Source: Treponemataceae bacterium | Lineage (GTDB): Bacteria > Spirochaetota > Spirochaetia > Treponematales > Rectinemataceae | NCBI GenBank assembly: GCA_963678065.2 | Contig: CAXXVZ010000003.1 | Location: 2,176,001 to 2,240,000 of the forward strand | Reading direction: 5' to 3' | DNA length: 64,000 bases | The notes under the pieces: generated by a model | The model's input: the letters and a program-made list of their open reading frames with translations, nothing else | The model's database searches: none | Told to the model about the DNA's origin: nothing | Part shown: one piece after another, positions 9,336-24,074 of the stretch | How the letters are laid out: each line of letters begins with the position of its first letter | Position numbering within the stretch: the first letter of the stretch is position 1 | Program-made: the position numbers and the translations under genes

Positions 9336-10730
9336 TCAGCCTCCATCCTGCTTGCCAGGAGCTTCTTTCTTTTTCGTGCCCGACCACAACGCGCGCAAAG
9401 CTTCTTTCATGTCCCCCACGCGCTTCCAGTCCTCATTTCCGGGCCCGGGCGGCATTTCGCCCTCGGAAGGACCGTCGGCCGGCCCTAACACCCTCGGAAA
9501 GCCGAGACCTGTGGCGGCTTTTGCGCGTCGCCTCATGTAGCGCACCGGTCTTATTTCCCCGGCAAGAGAGAGCTCGCCCGCGAGGACACATCCTCTGGGC
9601 AAAGGGGTGTCTGCCCTGGCGGAGTAGAGGGCGCAGGCCAGGGCCAGATCGATGGCAGGTTCCGTGAGCCTCATACCACCAGCGACATTCACGTAGATAT
9701 CCTGGTCAGAGAATTTCATGCCGGTATGCTTTTCCAGGACGGCGGCAATCCGCGAGACGCGCGAGACGTCGACCCTGTCCGAATAGACACGGGTCAGTCC
9801 CGCCTTGGCCGGCACGACGAGGGCCTGTATCTCGACGAGAAGAATCCTGCTCCCCTCGTGGACGGGAGCGACGGCCACCCCCGCGGGCACTTCTCCCTCT
9901 CTCCGCACGATGAAGAACCCAGAGGGGTCCCCCACTTCCGCCAAGCCCGCCCCGGTCATCCGGAACAGGCCTATTTCGTCGGTGGAACCGAAGCGATTCT
10001 TCCCCGCGCGAAGGGTCCTGATATCGCCCTCCGCCTGTTCGAAGCCGAGGACGACATCGACGAGATGTTCGGCCGCCTTGGGTCCCGCGACGAGTCCGTC
10101 TTTCGTCACATGGGCGACGAGGACCATGCAGGCGTCGTGGCCCTTGACCCAGGAGACGAGTTCCTGGGCGCAGTATTTTACCTGGTTTGTCGTTCCCGGA
10201 ACGGCTCCGGCCTCTTCGGCGTGAAGTGTCTGCATGGAGTCGATGACGACGAAGACGGGTTTCACGGTGTCGAGAACAGTCCTGATCCGCCCGAGGTCTC
10301 CCGACGAGAATATCTCGATACCCTTCCGTTCGATGCCGAGCCGCTGCGCGCGCAGTTTTATGTGGGCTGGCGATTCCTCGCCGGAAACATAGAGAATGCG
10401 CCCCGTGGTCTCCGCCTTCATGCAGAGTTGGAGGAGAAGAGTGCTCTTGCCGATGCCCGGCTCCCCCGCCAACAGGACCGCGCTCCCCCGGAGGAATCCT
10501 CCTCCGAGAACACGGTCGAACTCAGGAGATCCTGAACTCATCCTCGTCCCGGAAGCGGGGTCTATCGACTCGATAGGCAGGGGGAAGCTCTCTCCCGCCC
10601 TCTCCGGTCCCGCCGCGGACAGGGATTCGCGGAAACTGTTCCACTGTCCGCATTCGGGGCAGCGCCCAAGCCACTTCGGCTCTGTATGCCCACAATTGGC
10701 GCATTTATAGGAAGGCGCGGTTTTCTTCAT
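9336..10730 (-). CDS. radA: DNA repair protein RadA/Sms
   Basis: C4 zinc finger CANC..CPEC, GEPGIGKSTL, KNRFG, GELSLAGE. Confidence 0.97.
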   Translation of the reverse strand: MKKTAPSYKCANCGHTEPKWLGRCPECGQWNSFRESLSAAGPERAGESFPLPIESIDPASGTRMSSGSPEFDRVLGGGFLRGSAVLLAGEPGIGKSTLLLQLCMKAETTGRILYVSGEESPAHIKLRAQRLGIERKGIEIFSSGDLGRIRTVLDTVKPVFVVIDSMQTLHAEEAGAVPGTTNQVKYCAQELVSWVKGHDACMVLVAHVTKDGLVAGPKAAEHLVDVVLGFEQAEGDIRTLRAGKNRFGSTDEIGLFRMTGAGLAEVGDPSGFFIVRREGEVPAGVAVAPVHEGSRILLVEIQALVVPAKAGLTRVYSDRVDVSRVSRIAAVLEKHTGMKFSDQDIYVNVAGGMRLTEPAIDLALACALYSARADTPLPRGCVLAGELSLAGEIRPVRYMRRRAKAATGLGFPRVLGPADGPSEGEMPPGPGNEDWKRVGDMKEALRALWSGTKKKEAPGKQDGG

Positions 10731-10864
10731 GTAGATGAATCGTACCCGAGACCCGACTGCGCTTCAAGGCTGCACATTGCCTCATCAGAATTCGGGATGA
10801 AAGAGCGGGTCAGGCCGGGAAAGGACATCTTGTCGAACGATCCTATGACGTGTACGTTGGATTC

Positions 10865-12103
10865 ATGGAAAGAGCCACAATCGTCCTGAAACCCAAGGAA
10901 GACCTGAGAATCCGCGCCGGCCATCCGTGGATTTACGACAACGAAATCGCCGGGATGACCGGTTCTCCCTCTCCCGGAGCCGAAATCGAAGTTTTCGACT
11001 CAAGAAAACAGAGTCTCGGCGCCGCATTCTGGAATTCCTCCTCCAAAATCCGCGCGCGCATGTACTCGCGGACCCTGAGGAGCGCCGATTGCGCTTTCTT
11101 CGCTGAAACCATCGGAAAGGCGCTCTCATGGCGGAAGCAGTTTTTCGATCCCGAAACCCAAAGCCTCCGCCTTGTGTTCGGAGAGGCCGACGGCCTCCCG
11201 GGACTCGTCGTCGACTCCTTCGTGGGGCATCCTTCCCACGGGGCGGTGCCGGAGGCCTCCTCCGAAATTGCCTCGACGGCCGGCCGCTGGCTTTCGGTCC
11301 AGTTCCTCTCCCTCGGTGTCGATGTCCGCAAAAAGGAAATCATCGAGGCGCTGACCGAGGTATTCCCCCACGACGGCATTATGGAACGATCGGACGCCCC
11401 TGTCCGATCCTTCGAGGGGCTCGCCCCGGCGAGCGGGCTGCTCTCTGGCGAAGTTCCCTCCTCCATCATCATCGGGGAAAACGGCTCTTCGTTTCTCGTC
11501 GATCTCTTGGGAGGACAGAAAACGGGCTGGTTCCTCGACCAGAGGGCCAACAGGGCCGCGGCTGCGGCCCACGCCCGGGGGCGGAGGGTACTCGACATGT
11601 TCTGCAACGCGGGCGGCTTCGGCATCGCCTGCGCCCGGCAGGGAGCCTTGCGGGTCATCGCGGTGGACTCTTCCGCCGAAGCCATCGCCTCGGTCCGGAC
11701 CAACGCGGCCCTGAACGGCGTTTCGGAGAAGATCGAGGCGGTGGAAGCCAACGCGTTCGACTACCTGCGCGAGCTCGAGCACAAAAAAGACAGATACGGG
11801 CTCGTCATCCTCGACCCACCCGCCTTTGCCAAGAACCGCGCGTCGGTGGAATCCGCCTACCGAGGTTACAAGGACATCAATCTTCGAGCCCTGCGGCTCC
11901 TCGAACCGGGTGGCATTCTGGTGACGAATTCCTGTTCTCACTGGTTCGGCAGGGAGAGATTCGAAGCTATGCTAGAAGAGGCCGCCAAGGATGCCGGAAG
12001 GCGGCTGCGCTTCATAGAAGAGCGCAGTCAGGACCTCGATCACCCCGTCGTGTCGGGCTATGCGGAATCCCGCTATCTGAAATGCTTTATTGTCGAGGCC
12101 TGA
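10865..12103 (+). CDS. rlmI: RlmI-family class I SAM-dependent rRNA methyltransferase
   Basis: GHPWIYDNEI PUA domain, GEADGLPGLVVD, GQKTGWFLDQR, LDPPAF. Confidence 0.85.
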   Translation: MERATIVLKPKEDLRIRAGHPWIYDNEIAGMTGSPSPGAEIEVFDSRKQSLGAAFWNSSSKIRARMYSRTLRSADCAFFAETIGKALSWRKQFFDPETQSLRLVFGEADGLPGLVVDSFVGHPSHGAVPEASSEIASTAGRWLSVQFLSLGVDVRKKEIIEALTEVFPHDGIMERSDAPVRSFEGLAPASGLLSGEVPSSIIIGENGSSFLVDLLGGQKTGWFLDQRANRAAAAAHARGRRVLDMFCNAGGFGIACARQGALRVIAVDSSAEAIASVRTNAALNGVSEKIEAVEANAFDYLRELEHKKDRYGLVILDPPAFAKNRASVESAYRGYKDINLRALRLLEPGGILVTNSCSHWFGRERFEAMLEEAAKDAGRRLRFIEERSQDLDHPVVSGYAESRYLKCFIVEA

Positions 12104-12129
12104 AAAGACAGACCGGGCGGCAGTCCGTA

Positions 12130-12152
12130 TTCCGGGGGCCAGGCCCCCGGAA
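12130..12152. terminator. Perfect inverted repeat between convergent genes
   Basis: TTCCGGGGGCC-A-GGCCCCCGGAA. Confidence 0.55.
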
Positions 12153-12185
12153 AGTTCGGGCGATCACCGATTGGCCATCAACCAA

Positions 12186-12476
12186 TCATACGACCAGAAC
12201 CTTGGTGATCGTCTCGCGGGAGACTCCGAAGAGCCGCGCCAGCTGAGAAGCCTCGGCGTAGGATGTTCCGGCCTTCGCGTTGAAGAACGCGATGAAGGAT
12301 TTCATTTCGGCTTCGTCGCCTGAAAACAGGGCCGACGAAAAAGCCGCCCGGTACATTCCTTTTTCGGCGAGCTGCATGGTGCCGAGCTTTCCATATTCTT
12401 TCTTCGCCTTTCCGTCGACAACGGCGGTCGATCCATCGTAACCGATAGTGCAGATAAAATCTTCGCGGGATATCAT
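12186..12476 (-). CDS. Small conserved hypothetical protein (96 aa)
   Basis: MISREDFICTIGYDG...; AGGA RBS; coding-like codon usage. Confidence 0.65.
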   Translation of the reverse strand: MISREDFICTIGYDGSTAVVDGKAKKEYGKLGTMQLAEKGMYRAAFSSALFSGDEAEMKSFIAFFNAKAGTSYAEASQLARLFGVSRETITKVLVV

Positions 12477-12578
12477 TGTGCAGTCCTGATGCGGAAAAAT
12501 TGAAGTTCCGAGAGTGGAGTGGTGGAAGGATGAGCGGAAGAGCCGCGCGTGGGCCCGGCCCCTCCGTCTCCCCATGGA

Positions 12579-12737
12579 TTACATGGCGGAAAAATTGTCC
12601 TTGGAGGCGCCGCACATCGGGCAGACCCAATCGTCGGGGAGGGCTTCGAAAGCCGTTCCGGCGGGAACCTTGGAATCAGGATCGCCTTCGGCGGGATCAT
12701 AGATGTAGCCGCAGACATCGCATACGTATTTCTTCAT
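12579..12737 (-). CDS. Rubredoxin (52 aa; below the ORF-track cutoff)
   Basis: [61 protein letters not shown]. Confidence 0.97.
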   Translation of the reverse strand: MKKYVCDVCGYIYDPAEGDPDSKVPAGTAFEALPDDWVCPMCGASKDNFSAM

Positions 12738-12758
12738 TTCATTCTCCTTTCCGGCGCT

Positions 12759-13157
12759 TCAGAGCGCAGCTTTCCACAGTCCATGCAGATTACAATACTC
12801 CCGCGCCGTGACGGAAGGGGCAGCGACATTGAAAATTGCGACGGGCGCGTCGCCGGGTTTCAGGTATTTTCTGTAGACGCAGGCCACGGAGCCGTCGGCG
12901 GCGAGAACGAGTAGCTCGATCCATTCGATGAAGTGTTTCTCCTCCATGGGATGCGCGATGGCTCCGACAGAGACCTTGTATCCCTCGGGGATCTTCTCGA
13001 TGACCGGGATGTGCTTCTCCCGGGAAGCTTCCACCGTGTTTTCAGTGATGGCCTTCATGGGCGATCCGCAGCAGACCAACTCGCCGCCGCCCGCGTGGAG
13101 CACTTCGACGATGTTGCCACAATGCTCGCATTTGTAGACACCATATTTTTCAGCCAT
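12759..13157 (-). CDS. dfx: Desulfoferrodoxin (2Fe superoxide reductase)
   Basis: [42 protein letters not shown]. Confidence 0.96.
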   Translation of the reverse strand: MAEKYGVYKCEHCGNIVEVLHAGGGELVCCGSPMKAITENTVEASREKHIPVIEKIPEGYKVSVGAIAHPMEEKHFIEWIELLVLAADGSVACVYRKYLKPGDAPVAIFNVAAPSVTAREYCNLHGLWKAAL

Positions 13158-13186
13158 GTTTTCCTCCTGTGAAGATATCGATACTG

Positions 13187-13762
13187 TCAATAATTCTCGC
13201 CGAGTTTCTCGAAATAGGCCTGAGGGTGGGCGCAGGCGGGGCAGGCGGCGGGAGCGGCGCTGCCCTCATACAGATAACCGCAATTGAGGCAGCGCCAGAC
13301 GACTGGAGAATCCGATTTGAATACCGTGCCCGAGTCGATGTTCGCGGCGAGCTTTTCGTAGCGCTTCGCATGCTGTTTTTCGGCGACGGCGATAGAGCGG
13401 AATACTGTGGCGATAGCGGAATACCCCTCGGCATCGGCTATTTTCGCGAAGCCGGGATACATTTCTTTCCACTCGTAGTTTTCGCCGGCAGCCGCGGCCA
13501 GAAGGTTGTCGCGAGTCGCTCCGATTACACCGGAAGGGAAGGTTCCGGTAATTGTGGTTTCTCCGCCCTCCATGAACTTGAACAGGCGCTTGGCGTGTTC
13601 CTTCTCCTGGTTGGCGGTCTCCTCGAAGATCGTGGCCATCTGGATGAACCCTTCTTCCTTCGCCTTGGACGCGAAATACGTATAGCGGTTGCGCGCCTGG
13701 GATTCTCCGGCAAAGGCCGCCATAAGATTCGTTTCCGTCTTGCTTCCTTTGATGCTCTTCAT
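13187..13762 (-). CDS. rbr: Rubrerythrin
   Basis: [23 protein letters not shown]-terminal [15 protein letters not shown]. Confidence 0.96.
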   Translation of the reverse strand: MKSIKGSKTETNLMAAFAGESQARNRYTYFASKAKEEGFIQMATIFEETANQEKEHAKRLFKFMEGGETTITGTFPSGVIGATRDNLLAAAAGENYEWKEMYPGFAKIADAEGYSAIATVFRSIAVAEKQHAKRYEKLAANIDSGTVFKSDSPVVWRCLNCGYLYEGSAAPAACPACAHPQAYFEKLGENY

Positions 13763-14000
13763 CGGTAAACCTCCTTCCTCAGCGTACTGTGCGCGGCAGT
13801 GGAATATCCCGTCCATGTACGACATGTTCTTACTTACGGGTCCGGACGGAGATGCATGAACGCACCTTTTCTAAAAATATAGTCCTATCATGTCGCAAGG
13901 GCAAATCGATTTTCATGCAAACGCGCGAGCCATGGCGATTTTCAGGGAATACTTCAATCGCCAGGAGGAAGACCGGGCGATTAAGGGCAGGGGGAAGAAT

Positions 14001-14702
14001 ATGATGGTCGAATCAGCGCATGAATCTTCACACTGCGATCAGGCCTCCGATCCACAGGCGCGGGAACGTCTCGACGAGAGAGGAGTGAGGGCATTGTCGG
14101 ACCTGGATCTCGTGATGATCCTTCTCGGCACAGGTATGAAGGGAAAACCAGTGGCCATCCTCGCCGAAGAAGTACTCCATCTGATCGACCACGAGAGAGA
14201 GAAGCTTGATTGCGCTCTCCTCCGGAAGTCGGCCGGAGTGGGAAAGGCAAAGGCCAGCACGATCCTGGCATCGCTTGAGCTGGGAAGGCGGATATTCGGC
14301 CCCAGGGGAAACAGGATTTCTTCCCCCGGAGATTTTTTCCCCCTCGTCAGACATCGGGCGGACCGGAAGCAGGAATGCTTCGTCTGTGCATCCCTCAACG
14401 GGGCCCACGAAGTGATCGGCGTCCGCGTGATTTCCAAGGGCCTGGTGAACAGAACCATGGTTCATCCCAGAGAAGTGTTCGCAGATGCGATCACGGACAG
14501 GGCATGCGCCGTGGCAGTCGCACACAACCACCCTTCGGGAAGGCTCGACCCCTCGCCTGAGGACATGGAAATCACTCGTAAGCTGAAAAAGGCAGGGGAT
14601 TTTCTCGGAATACCCCTGCTCGACCACATCGTGTTTTCGGAGTCCGGCTATTTCAGCTTTGTCGAACATGGTCTCCTCGATCCCGAAATACAGGGAGAAT
14701 AG
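14001..14702 (+). CDS. radC: RadC-family JAB domain protein
   Basis: VHPREVF, AHNHPSG..PSPED, LLDHIV; start codon uncertain (13890-14004). Confidence 0.9.
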   Translation: MMVESAHESSHCDQASDPQARERLDERGVRALSDLDLVMILLGTGMKGKPVAILAEEVLHLIDHEREKLDCALLRKSAGVGKAKASTILASLELGRRIFGPRGNRISSPGDFFPLVRHRADRKQECFVCASLNGAHEVIGVRVISKGLVNRTMVHPREVFADAITDRACAVAVAHNHPSGRLDPSPEDMEITRKLKKAGDFLGIPLLDHIVFSESGYFSFVEHGLLDPEIQGE

Positions 14703-14742
14703 CGCACCGGTGATGGGGAAGCAGCCGCAAGCCGGGAGACAC

Positions 14743-14769
14743 AAGAAAGCCCGGTCCGAAGACCGGGCT
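14743..14769 (-). terminator. Intrinsic terminator downstream of the SPT-like gene
   Basis: Minus strand AGCCCGGTC-TTCG-GACCGGGCT-TTCTT. Confidence 0.75.
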
Positions 14770-14829
14770 CATGACAGTTGTGGTTCGGAGAACCTGCAGA
14801 CTGAAAAGGCTACAAGACCCTGTTTTGCC

Positions 14830-16008
14830 TCAGATGATACCGAACTTCTTGCCGGCAGTCTCGAAGATATCGAGAGCTCGCGTGAGCTGCTCCCTGGTAT
14901 GGGTCGCCATGTAGCTTGTCCGGAGCAGGGCCATGCCCTCGGGAACGGCGGGGGAGATGACGGGGTTGGTATATAGCCCCATGTCGAAGAGCTCCTTCCA
15001 GAAGCGGAAGCACACTTCATCCTGTCCGATGATGACCGGAATGATGGGGGTCTGCGTTCCGCCGATGTTGAAGCCGAGTTCGCGGAAGCCTTTCATCATG
15101 AAGTGGGCATTTTCCCAGAGGCGCTCGACGTGTTCGGGCTCCGTTTCCATGATTTCGAGCGCGGCGTATGCCGCCATGGCGTTGGGAGCAGGTAAGGAGG
15201 CGGAGAACATGAAAGACCGGGCCATATGCTTGATGTAGTTGATGACATCCTTGTCGCCCGCAACGAATCCGCCCAAAGAGGCGAAACTCTTGGAGAAGGT
15301 GCCCATCGTGATATCGACCTCGTCGATGAGGTTGAAGTGAGCGGCTGTCCCGCGTCCCTTGCCGAGAACGCCGATTGAGTGCGCATCATCGACATAGAGC
15401 CCAGCGCCGCGACGCTTGCATATTTCGACAAGTTTCGGCAAATCCACGATGTCGCCGCCCATGGAGAACACGCCATCCACGACGACGAGCACCCCTTTAT
15501 CTTCGGGGATCTTCGCCAGGATGCGGTCCAGCTGCTCGAGGTCGCTGTGGACGAAGCGCTTGATTTCGCCGTAACCGAGACGGCACGCATCCACGATGGA
15601 GGCGTGGTCGTCCTTGTCGGTGATCACGACATCGTTGCGGCCGAGCAGAGCCGAGATCGCGCCAAGATTGGTCTGCATGCCTGTGCTGAACACGAGGGCG
15701 GCTTCCTTGCCCATAAAGGCGGCGAGCCTCTCCTCGAGCATAAGGTGCAACTTGAGCGTTCCGTTCAGGAAGCGGCTGCCTGTGCAGGATGGGCCGAATT
15801 CCTCGAGGGCTTTCATGGCCGCGGCCTTGACCTTGGGATGCGTGGTGAGCCCGAGGTAATTGTTGGAGCCGATCATGATGATGCGCTTGCCGTTGAAGGT
15901 CGCCTCGGGACCTTCCATGCCATCGAGAGGCTGGAAATAGGGATAGATGCCCTTTTCCATAGCCTGTTTGTCGAGGTCGAACGCCGCGCATTTCTTGAAT
16001 ATGTTCAC
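14830..16008 (-). CDS. PLP-dependent alpha-oxoamine synthase, most like bacterial serine palmitoyltransferase
   Basis: GIYPYF, GSNNYLGL, GSRFLNGT, DHASIVD, DGVFSM, DDAH, GTFSKS; GTG start after AGGAG RBS. Confidence 0.85.
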   Translation of the reverse strand: MNIFKKCAAFDLDKQAMEKGIYPYFQPLDGMEGPEATFNGKRIIMIGSNNYLGLTTHPKVKAAAMKALEEFGPSCTGSRFLNGTLKLHLMLEERLAAFMGKEAALVFSTGMQTNLGAISALLGRNDVVITDKDDHASIVDACRLGYGEIKRFVHSDLEQLDRILAKIPEDKGVLVVVDGVFSMGGDIVDLPKLVEICKRRGAGLYVDDAHSIGVLGKGRGTAAHFNLIDEVDITMGTFSKSFASLGGFVAGDKDVINYIKHMARSFMFSASLPAPNAMAAYAALEIMETEPEHVERLWENAHFMMKGFRELGFNIGGTQTPIIPVIIGQDEVCFRFWKELFDMGLYTNPVISPAVPEGMALLRTSYMATHTREQLTRALDIFETAGKKFGII

Positions 16009-16187
16009 CAGAATTCTCCTTTTCCGGCCAGGTGGTGTCCGTGCCGGGAGTTGGGATGAAGCCCGGTCGGCTGACACGGGCGCCTTGGCATGGACCGCTT
16101 GTGCGGACATCGGGCAAGTACGTCTTCCCGATCTGTCCACGGTCCTACGGGAAAGGGCGACCGTAGTTCGGCGCCAATTCCGGACTT

Positions 16188-16217
16188 ATTGTAAATGCTT
16201 GGTGAGGAGCCGGTCAA
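16188..16217 (-). promoter_or_regulatory. Sigma70-type promoter of the SPT-like gene
   Basis: TTGACC-N18-TACAAT on the minus strand, giving a ~170-nt 5' UTR. Confidence 0.6.
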
Positions 16218-16310
16218 TCACACACCTAAGTATATCAATAATAAAGATTTTTCTTGTGTATGCCGGGGATCAGGAAAACTGTGGCCGGGGGAAAAGAGAG
16301 ATGGCTGCCC

Positions 16311-17039
16311 TCATTTCCTTCCTTTTATCATCTTCTTAAATCGCTCGCCGGACTTTTCCTGACCCGAGTCGGGCGATTCCTTGCGCTCTGCAAGGCCGGA
16401 GAAAGAGATTACTTCCTTTTCAGGTCCGGACAGGAGCAGGATATCGTCCCGCTGCAGAGCATAAGCCGCGTCAAAATACCGGTATTCATCTGAATTTTCA
16501 TGCCGGATTGCGATCACATTGATGCCGTGTCTCTTTCGCAGATCCGCCTGAACGAGGGTCATGCCGACATATTTTTCCGGCATGGCCACTTCGGCCATGA
16601 CGAGGTTGGAACCGAGCGGAATAAAGTTGTACAGGCTGGATGAAAAGAGAAGCGGGACGATCCGCGCCGCAGCCTCGCGGTCGGATTGCACAATCCGTGT
16701 TGCGCCGATGATCTTCAGTATCTCGCTCCGCTCGTCCGAGTCCGTTTTCACCACTATCTCGGGAACTCCCATCTTCTTGAGCGTATGGGTCACGAGGAGG
16801 GTAGCCTCGAGATTGTCCACCAGATCGACGATGGCAACGTCGATGTTCTCCGGCAGTACGCCGGTAAGGGTCGCTTCGTCGTATGTCGAGACTATGTATG
16901 CATTGCGGGCTGAATCCTTGATTTTTTCGACAGCGACCGGATCCCTGTCCACCACGACAATCTCGTCGGTCGTTTCCGCGAGCTGGGAGAGCACGCCAGC
17001 AGAAAACCTTCCCAATCCGATCAGCGCGAATTGCCTCAT
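16311..17039 (-). CDS. TrkA/KtrA-family K+ uptake regulatory (RCK) subunit
   Basis: MRQFALIGLGRFS RCK_N and DLRKRHGINVIAI RCK_C; follows the KtrB-like gene. Confidence 0.9.
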   Translation of the reverse strand: MRQFALIGLGRFSAGVLSQLAETTDEIVVVDRDPVAVEKIKDSARNAYIVSTYDEATLTGVLPENIDVAIVDLVDNLEATLLVTHTLKKMGVPEIVVKTDSDERSEILKIIGATRIVQSDREAAARIVPLLFSSSLYNFIPLGSNLVMAEVAMPEKYVGMTLVQADLRKRHGINVIAIRHENSDEYRYFDAAYALQRDDILLLSGPEKEVISFSGLAERKESPDSGQEKSGERFKKMIKGRK

Positions 17040-17048
17040 GATACTCTC

Positions 17049-18374
17049 CTATCCTATCAACAGATCAGTCGTAGGCAGCTCCGCGAAGTGCTCAACTGCC
17101 TTGGCAGGCCGTGGAAGCGACATCGCGAACAGCCCGACCCTGCCGGAAAACATCGTCGCGACAAGAATAAGCTTTCCGAGATCGGAAAGTCCCGGCGTGA
17201 GGCCGAGGGAAAGTCCGACGGTTCCGAAAGCGGAGATGACCTCGAATACTATTTCTACAAGCTGGACCGATTTGTTTGCCGCGGTTTCGGCGACGAGGAG
17301 AAGAATAACGGCCGTGAAAACAATGGCAAGTCCTTTGACGGCGATGCTCAGAGCCTTGATCACCTTGCGGGCGGGGATGGAACGCCCATCGAGGTTTATC
17401 TTGTCTTTTGCGTCGACATCACGAAAACCAGCCAGCACAATGATGAAAAAAGTTGTCGTCTTTATTCCCCCCCCGGTGGAGGCCGGAGAAGCTCCAATGA
17501 ACATGAGAAGCATGGTTACCAGTACGGATCCGTGGGATAGTGTATTCTGGGGAATGGTGTCGAAACCTGCCGTTCGCGGCGTGACTGACTGAAAAATGCT
17601 CGCGGTGATCCTCTGCAGGACTGTCATGCCTTTCATGGAGCCATTCTTCTCCATGAAAAAGAATACGAGAGCTCCTGAAATTATAAGGAAGGTACTCACA
17701 GCCAGCACCGTCTTGGAGTGGTGTGAAAGCCTCTTTCCATTCCGGAAGATGCGGTTTCCTACATCCCTCATCACAAGAAACCCTATTCCTCCGAGGGTGA
17801 TGAGTCCGGCAATGGTGTAGTTCACGAGGGGATCGAGTTTAAAATCTTCCAGGTTGGTGCTGAAGGTCGAGAATCCCGCGTTGCAGAAGGCTGAAACGGC
17901 ATGGAAGAGGGAGATGAACAACCCATACTCGTAGTTCCTGAACCGCGTGTACAACAGGCCCGCGCCAATCAGTTCAATTGTCAGTGTCAGAAGGAGGATA
18001 TCGCGGATTATCACCTTGGGCTTGTTCTCGACTTCGTCGACGTAAAAATCTTTGATGATTCCACGGTTCATGAGAGAAATTCTCTTTCGGGGAATCACGA
18101 TGTACATCGTGGCGAAGGCAATTATCCCCAATCCTCCAGTCTGGATAAGCAGGGCAATGAAGAATTGGCCAAGTCTGGTGTACAAGGCTGTGTCGACGCT
18201 TACAAGTCCTGTTACGCAGACTGCGCTCGTGGCGGTGAATAGGGCGTCTATCCACCGCAGGGGTTCAGGACCTTTCCATGAAAACGGCAATTTCAGCAGG
18301 CAGGCGCCAGTCAGGATTATCAGAGTAAAATATGTGAGTATGAATGCCTTATCGCTACGGATTTTGAATTTCAT
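17049..18374 (-). CDS. TrkH/KtrB-family K+ uptake membrane subunit
   Basis: Four selectivity motifs SAVCVTGL, SAFCNAGF, PRTAGF, SAFGTVGL; STGGGIK. Confidence 0.93.
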   Translation of the reverse strand: MKFKIRSDKAFILTYFTLIILTGACLLKLPFSWKGPEPLRWIDALFTATSAVCVTGLVSVDTALYTRLGQFFIALLIQTGGLGIIAFATMYIVIPRKRISLMNRGIIKDFYVDEVENKPKVIIRDILLLTLTIELIGAGLLYTRFRNYEYGLFISLFHAVSAFCNAGFSTFSTNLEDFKLDPLVNYTIAGLITLGGIGFLVMRDVGNRIFRNGKRLSHHSKTVLAVSTFLIISGALVFFFMEKNGSMKGMTVLQRITASIFQSVTPRTAGFDTIPQNTLSHGSVLVTMLLMFIGASPASTGGGIKTTTFFIIVLAGFRDVDAKDKINLDGRSIPARKVIKALSIAVKGLAIVFTAVILLLVAETAANKSVQLVEIVFEVISAFGTVGLSLGLTPGLSDLGKLILVATMFSGRVGLFAMSLPRPAKAVEHFAELPTTDLLIG

Positions 18375-18502
18375 GATAATGCGGCTTGTATACACTTCCG
18401 GCCTGGGATAATCAAGAGGTCATCCTTCGTTCTGGTTTCGGTGCGGAAAATATAACCAGCATCGGATTCATACCTAAATGCAAAGGGTAGGGAATAAAAA
18501 AA

Positions 18503-18615
<113 letters not shown>

Positions 18616-18771
18616 AATATATACGAACGAGGGGCCTCATCGAGCGAGGCAGTACAGGCGGCGCCGATCAGGACGATCAGGCGAAGCGCGGGTACGGGGG
18701 AAGCAGAAGAAGGCGACAGAAAACCTGACCGGATGGCCAGTGTCCTTACGGAAAAAAGCGAACGATAATAT

Positions 18772-21740
<2,969 letters not shown>

Positions 21741-22018
21741 ATATTATTGATCGCTCTTTTCTTTCCCACTTCGGGTGCAATGCTTCTGTGCCCCACTCCG
21801 CTCGCGCCCTTCCTGGACGCTTCGCTCGTCTTCGCTCTTCGCATTGCACGTTTGCCGGTCAACCATACGCGCTCGCATACGGTCTCCCAGCCCTTTTGTT
21901 TTGCCTTTCCCCGATGAATCCTGTCATCCCTGACTGATCCATCGGTCTGCTTCCCTTCCCTGGTTCCTTTCAATGAACACGCTGTGAACGGCCCACGCCG
22001 CAGGGCATGCCCGCTTCG

Positions 22019-22092
22019 TGGAGATAATGGGACTCGAACCCACGACCTACGGCTTGCAAAGCCGCCGCTCTAGCCAACTGAGCTATATCCCC
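22019..22092 (-). tRNA. tRNA-Ala(UGC) in 16S-23S spacer (copy A); CCA not encoded
   Basis: GGGGATATAGCTCAGTTGGCTAGAGCGGCGGCTTTGCAAGCCGTAGGTCGTGGGTTCGAGTCCCATTATCTCCA. Confidence 0.97.
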
Positions 22093-22245
22093 AGTCAGAT
22101 AGTTCTTTCCACTTATAAAAAAAAGAAGGGATAAAGTAAGGAGGGTTAGTACTGCCTTCGATCCAGTGCGTCAGCCTTCAGCTTCCGCATTCACGAATGC
22201 ACGCATTCGTGGCGCGTACTTCAAAGACTGTCCACTCTTTCTCGC

Positions 22246-23787
<1,542 letters not shown>

Positions 23788-24044
23788 ATATATTCAAACG
23801 GGCCGAAGCCCATTCGATATCATAAAGAATCAAATCTTCTTGTTCCGTATTCCCTCTCGGAAACACCGGCATTCGCTTTCCTCTCGCCTCTCATGGCCGC
23901 GCTTCGCCGAACTCTCATCCGACTCCTCACTGCCCTGTTTGGCTTCGAACCTTTCGGTCCTCTCCCTTACTCTATCCCTTCCCTTGTTCCTGTTAATGAC
24001 CCTTTCTCAACCACATCAGCAGCTTCCGTGCCATGCGGCTCAGC

Positions 24045-24074
24045 TTTTTACCACTAGGCATCAACGACTGTCAA
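24045..24074 (-). promoter_or_regulatory. rRNA promoter of copy A
   Basis: TTGACA-N18-TAAAAA with TGn extension. Confidence 0.65.

Noticed and set aside
13861..13895. PerR/Fur box upstream of rubrerythrin
   Set aside because: AT-rich, but a poor palindrome match; explained by a -10 element
14001..14702. radC as a marker of a mobile element
   Set aside because: Full-length chromosomal type flanked by housekeeping genes, with no att sites or composition shift
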